From: a virus | Lineage: Duplodnaviria; Heunggongvirae; Uroviricota; Caudoviricetes | IMG/VR virus record: IMGVR_UViG_2718218397_000005 | Length of the DNA stretch: 47,888 nt | Reading direction: 5' to 3' (one strand) | Shown: piece after piece, positions 45,039-47,888 of the stretch | How the letters are laid out: every line of letters starts with the position of its first letter | How positions within the stretch are numbered: the stretch's first letter is position 1 | Notes under the pieces: model-generated | What the model saw: only the letters and a program-made list of their open reading frames with translations | What the model was told of the DNA's origin: nothing | Databases searched by the model: none | Program-made: the position numbers and the translations under genes

Positions 45039-45667
45039 TTTGATAATCCTGATTTTGCTTCGATAAATAATCCTGACTCAATATTTTTAATTGTTGCTTT
45101 GTATGTATTATGTGAAATGTCTTTTGAAAACAAGTTTGGATGATATACCCCAGCAATATTAACAAAGAAGCAAACAATAAGCATTACTGCCCAGCACGAC
45201 ACTACTATGTAACCAGTTTCCTTATTATCATAGCTAGAGGGCAATTTAAATCCAGCGTCTCTAGTAATTTCATTTAAAATATAGTTTTTTGAAGGATCTT
45301 CAATGTTTTTTTGTAGTGCTATTTTCGAACCAATTAAAGACCTTAAGCGATAAAGTGTAATCATTGTTGTGAAATCAAACAATGCTAACACTGCAAAGAT
45401 AATCCATAGGGAACTTTCATTTGCCAGTGTTGTTGCATACCACAACCCACCATTGACAGCAATTACGAAACTAGGGATTTGCCACATGAGCTGATTTAAA
45501 GCCCGCATGTGTTGTCCTGCTTCAAGATAAGTAATCTCCTGCAGCTTCTGATACCAACGGATTGCCTCAATTTTTAGATTTTCGTTAATCTGTTGCTGTT
45601 GCTGATTTACCATGTAATCCCTGCTCAACGAACTGAAACTTTTAATGATGCTATCACAACTTATCAA
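45035..45667 (-). CDS. Hypothetical membrane protein co-transcribed with the methyltransferase
   Basis: 210-aa ORF with poly-Gln N-terminus and about 3 hydrophobic segments (e.g. IPSFVIAVNGGLWYATTL, LWIIFAVLALFDFTTMITLY, YIVVSCWAVMLIVCFFVNIAGV); 4-nt overlap with methyltransferase. Confidence 0.55.
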   Translation of the reverse strand: MISCDSIIKSFSSLSRDYMVNQQQQQINENLKIEAIRWYQKLQEITYLEAGQHMRALNQLMWQIPSFVIAVNGGLWYATTLANESSLWIIFAVLALFDFTTMITLYRLRSLIGSKIALQKNIEDPSKNYILNEITRDAGFKLPSSYDNKETGYIVVSCWAVMLIVCFFVNIAGVYHPNLFSKDISHNTYKATIKNIESGLFIEAKSGLSK

Positions 45668-45904
45668 GAAGATGAATTTCGTTATTTAAATTTAATATAT
45701 CGGAGGCTTTTATCAGAACTTATACATAATACAAGCCCGATGGCTGTCACCAGACAGGAGCATCAATAACATTTGCCGTAGCGTACTGAAGAAGCACCGC
45801 GAAACGGTAACGCTGAGGGATTCACACCGACTCATTTAAGCCTGGCGATCGGCATGTTAAACGGCATCTTTAAGGAGCGATGAACATGAAAAGCAAAATC
45901 ATCA

Positions 45905-45928
45905 GGGAGCTACAGGCTCCTTTTTTAT
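45905..45928 (+). terminator. Rho-independent terminator-like hairpin
   Basis: Stem GGAGC (45906-45910) / GCTCC (45916-45920), loop TACA(G), followed by TTTTTTATT. Confidence 0.45.
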
Positions 45929-45981
45929 TATTCGCATTCACCCTCAAGCGTATTAACCAACAATTCAGAGATTAATGGAAG

Positions 45982-46200
45982 ATGGCAGACATCATTGATT
46001 CAGCATCAGAAATCGAAGAATTACAGCGCAATACAGCAATAAAAATGCGTCGTCTGAACCACCAGGCTATATCTGCCACTCATTGTTGTGAGTGTGGCGA
46101 TCCGATAGATGAACGAAGACGCCTGGCCGTTCAGGGTTGTCGGACTTGTGCAAGTTGCCAGGAGGAGATCGAACTTAAGAACAAACAATGGGGACTGTGA
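45982..46200 (+). CDS. TraR/DksA-family C4 zinc-finger protein
   Basis: 72-aa ORF MADIIDSASEIEELQRNTAIKMRRLNHQ... with CxxC-x17-CxxC (CCECGDPID...CRTCASC). Confidence 0.8.
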   Translation: MADIIDSASEIEELQRNTAIKMRRLNHQAISATHCCECGDPIDERRRLAVQGCRTCASCQEEIELKNKQWGL

Positions 46201-46247
46201 TGGCCTCAAAGCAGCAAATTTCAACATCGTCCAATTGAGGTGTAAAA

Positions 46248-46526
46248 ATGTTCAGAATCATTTTTCCTAACACCTGGTACGTCGACCACCACGGCACTCC
46301 CTGCAAAATCCTGCGTTCTACCCACAACAAAGTTCACTACATCCGAAAAGGCAGAACATGTATCGCCAGCATGTTCCGCTTTAATCATGACTTTGAACCT
46401 GTGAATAAAGCTGATGCAGATCGGATAGCAGAAGAGATCGAAACGGCAGAACACATTAAGAAGTTACGTGACATGCGTTCAAAAAGCAGAGGTAACCATG
46501 GAATCATACAGCCTCACACTCGATGA
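46248..46526 (+). CDS. Hypothetical protein
   Basis: 92-aa ORF MFRIIFPNTWYVDHHGTPCKILRSTHNKVHYIRKGRTCIASM...; no recognised family. Confidence 0.5.
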   Translation: MFRIIFPNTWYVDHHGTPCKILRSTHNKVHYIRKGRTCIASMFRFNHDFEPVNKADADRIAEEIETAEHIKKLRDMRSKSRGNHGIIQPHTR

Positions 46527-46869
46527 GGCCTGTCAGTTTCTCAAGATATCCAGACCTACCGCTACCAACTGGATACGAACAGGCCGCCTACAGGCAACAC
46601 GCAAAGACCCCACTAAACCAAAATCTCCTTACCTCACAACGCGACAAGCCTGCATTGCGGCGCTTCAGTCTCCGCTGCATACTGTCCAGGTGAGCGCGGG
46701 TGATGGCATAACAGAGGAAAGAAAATGTCACTCTTCCGCAGAAATGAAATATGGTATGCCTCGTATTCGCTCCCGGGCGGGAAACGAATTAAGGAATCTC
46801 TTGGCACAAAGGACAAGCGGCAAGCTCAGGAGTTGCACGACAAGCGAAAAGCAGAACTCTGGCGAGTAG
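46498..46869 (+). CDS. xis: Excisionase-like (AlpA/Xis-type HTH) protein
   Basis: ORF 46468-46869; probable start [31 protein letters not shown].. after GAGGT SD; reading frame runs 145 nt into int, so the C-terminal part may be non-native. Confidence 0.55.
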   Translation: MESYSLTLDEACQFLKISRPTATNWIRTGRLQATRKDPTKPKSPYLTTRQACIAALQSPLHTVQVSAGDGITEERKCHSSAEMKYGMPRIRSRAGNELRNLLAQRTSGKLRSCTTSEKQNSGE

Positions 46870-47888
46870 AAAAGCTAGGGGATTTACCTGATGTCACTTT
46901 TGAAGAGGCCTGCCTAAGATGGCTTGAGGAAAAAGCTGATAAAAAATCTCTCGATTCAGATAAAAGCCGGATTGAGTTCTGGCTTGAACATTTTGAGGGT
47001 ATAAGGCTTAAAGATATCTCGGAGGCAAAGATTTACTCTGCTGTAAGCAGAATGCATAACAGAAAGACGAAAGAAATATGGAAACAGAAAGTTCAGGCCG
47101 CCATCAGGAAAGGTAAAGAACTGCCTGTTTATGAACCAAAGCCAGTATCAACTCAGACAAAGGCAAAGCATCTTGCCATGATAAAGGCCATTCTCCGTGC
47201 TGCAGAACGCGACTGGAAGTGGCTGGAAAAAGCGCCTGTCATCAAGATACCAGCGGTCAGAAACAAGCGAGTCAGATGGCTGGAAAAGGAGGAAGCAAAA
47301 CGCCTTATTGATGAGTGCCCCGAACCACTGAAATCTGTCGTCAAGTTTGCGCTGGCAACTGGTCTGAGAAAGTCGAACATCATAAATCTGGAATGGCAAC
47401 AAATCGACATGCAGCGACGAGTTGCCTGGGTGAATCCAGAAGAGAGCAAATCAAACCGCGCCATTGGTGTGGCGCTGAACGATACCGCCTGTAAAGTGTT
47501 GCGTGATCAAATAGGCAAGCATCACAAATGGGTGTTTGTACATACCAAGGCGGCTAAGCGAGCAGATGGAACATCAACGCCTGCGGTCAGGAAGATGCGC
47601 ATCGACAGCAAGACATCATGGCTATCAGCTTGTCGTCGTGCAGGAATTGAAGATTTCCGTTTCCATGACCTCAGACATACCTGGGCAAGCTGGCTGATTC
47701 AGTCAGGCGTCCCATTATCAGTGCTTCAGGAAATGGGCGGATGGGAGTCCATAGAAATGGTTCGTAGGTATGCTCACCTTGCGCCTAATCATTTGACAGA
47801 GCATGCGAGGAAAATAGACGACATTTTTGGTGATAATGTCCCAAATATGTCCCACTCTGGAATTATGGAGGATATAAAGAAGGCGTAA
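46725..47888 (+). CDS. int: Tyrosine site-specific integrase (DLP12 IntD-like)
   Basis: 387-aa [38 protein letters not shown]...; C-terminal catalytic residues (..[11 protein letters not shown].., ..[15 protein letters not shown]); window ends at its stop codon. Confidence 0.9.
   Translation: MSLFRRNEIWYASYSLPGGKRIKESLGTKDKRQAQELHDKRKAELWRVEKLGDLPDVTFEEACLRWLEEKADKKSLDSDKSRIEFWLEHFEGIRLKDISEAKIYSAVSRMHNRKTKEIWKQKVQAAIRKGKELPVYEPKPVSTQTKAKHLAMIKAILRAAERDWKWLEKAPVIKIPAVRNKRVRWLEKEEAKRLIDECPEPLKSVVKFALATGLRKSNIINLEWQQIDMQRRVAWVNPEESKSNRAIGVALNDTACKVLRDQIGKHHKWVFVHTKAAKRADGTSTPAVRKMRIDSKTSWLSACRRAGIEDFRFHDLRHTWASWLIQSGVPLSVLQEMGGWESIEMVRRYAHLAPNHLTEHARKIDDIFGDNVPNMSHSGIMEDIKKA

Overview
This window is a near-complete lambdoid prophage, most likely from an Escherichia-type enterobacterium, lying in reverse orientation relative to the standard lambda map and ending exactly at the stop codon of the tyrosine integrase (47888). 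Gene calls rest on reading the ORF translations and the DNA by eye against remembered lambda/DLP12/phage 21 proteins; no database search was run. Order, left to right: orphan Pin-type DNA invertase; tail genes on the minus strand (tfa, stf, lom, J, I, K, L, M, H, G/G-T, V, U, Z); head genes (FII, FI, E, D, C/Nu3, B, W, A, Nu1); cos at 24264-24275; ylcI-like and bor; a phage-21-type lysis cassette (pinholin S, SAR endolysin, Rz/Rz1); an oppositely oriented OmpC-family porin; 21-type Q; nin-region genes (ylcG-like, rusA, ybcO-like, ninE, ybcN); a variable accessory segment; large serine recombinase (ybcK-like) and emrE; ren, P, O with ori iterons; immunity region (YdaT-like, Cro-like, cI); an unknown protein plus eukaryotic-like protein kinase in the rex position; a putative pL operon (N-like candidate, gam, bet, exo, PAPS-reductase-like protein); an AT-rich antisense membrane-protein/methyltransferase pair; TraR-like protein, xis, int. 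Main anomalies: a 1-nt deletion frameshift in capsid decoration gene D; an intact IS3-family element inserted in ninE; a kinase cassette co-oriented with cI; and an accessory hotspot between ybcN and ybcK holding two unrecognised small ORFs and about 460 bp without ORFs. No CRISPR array, rRNA or tRNA gene was recognised.
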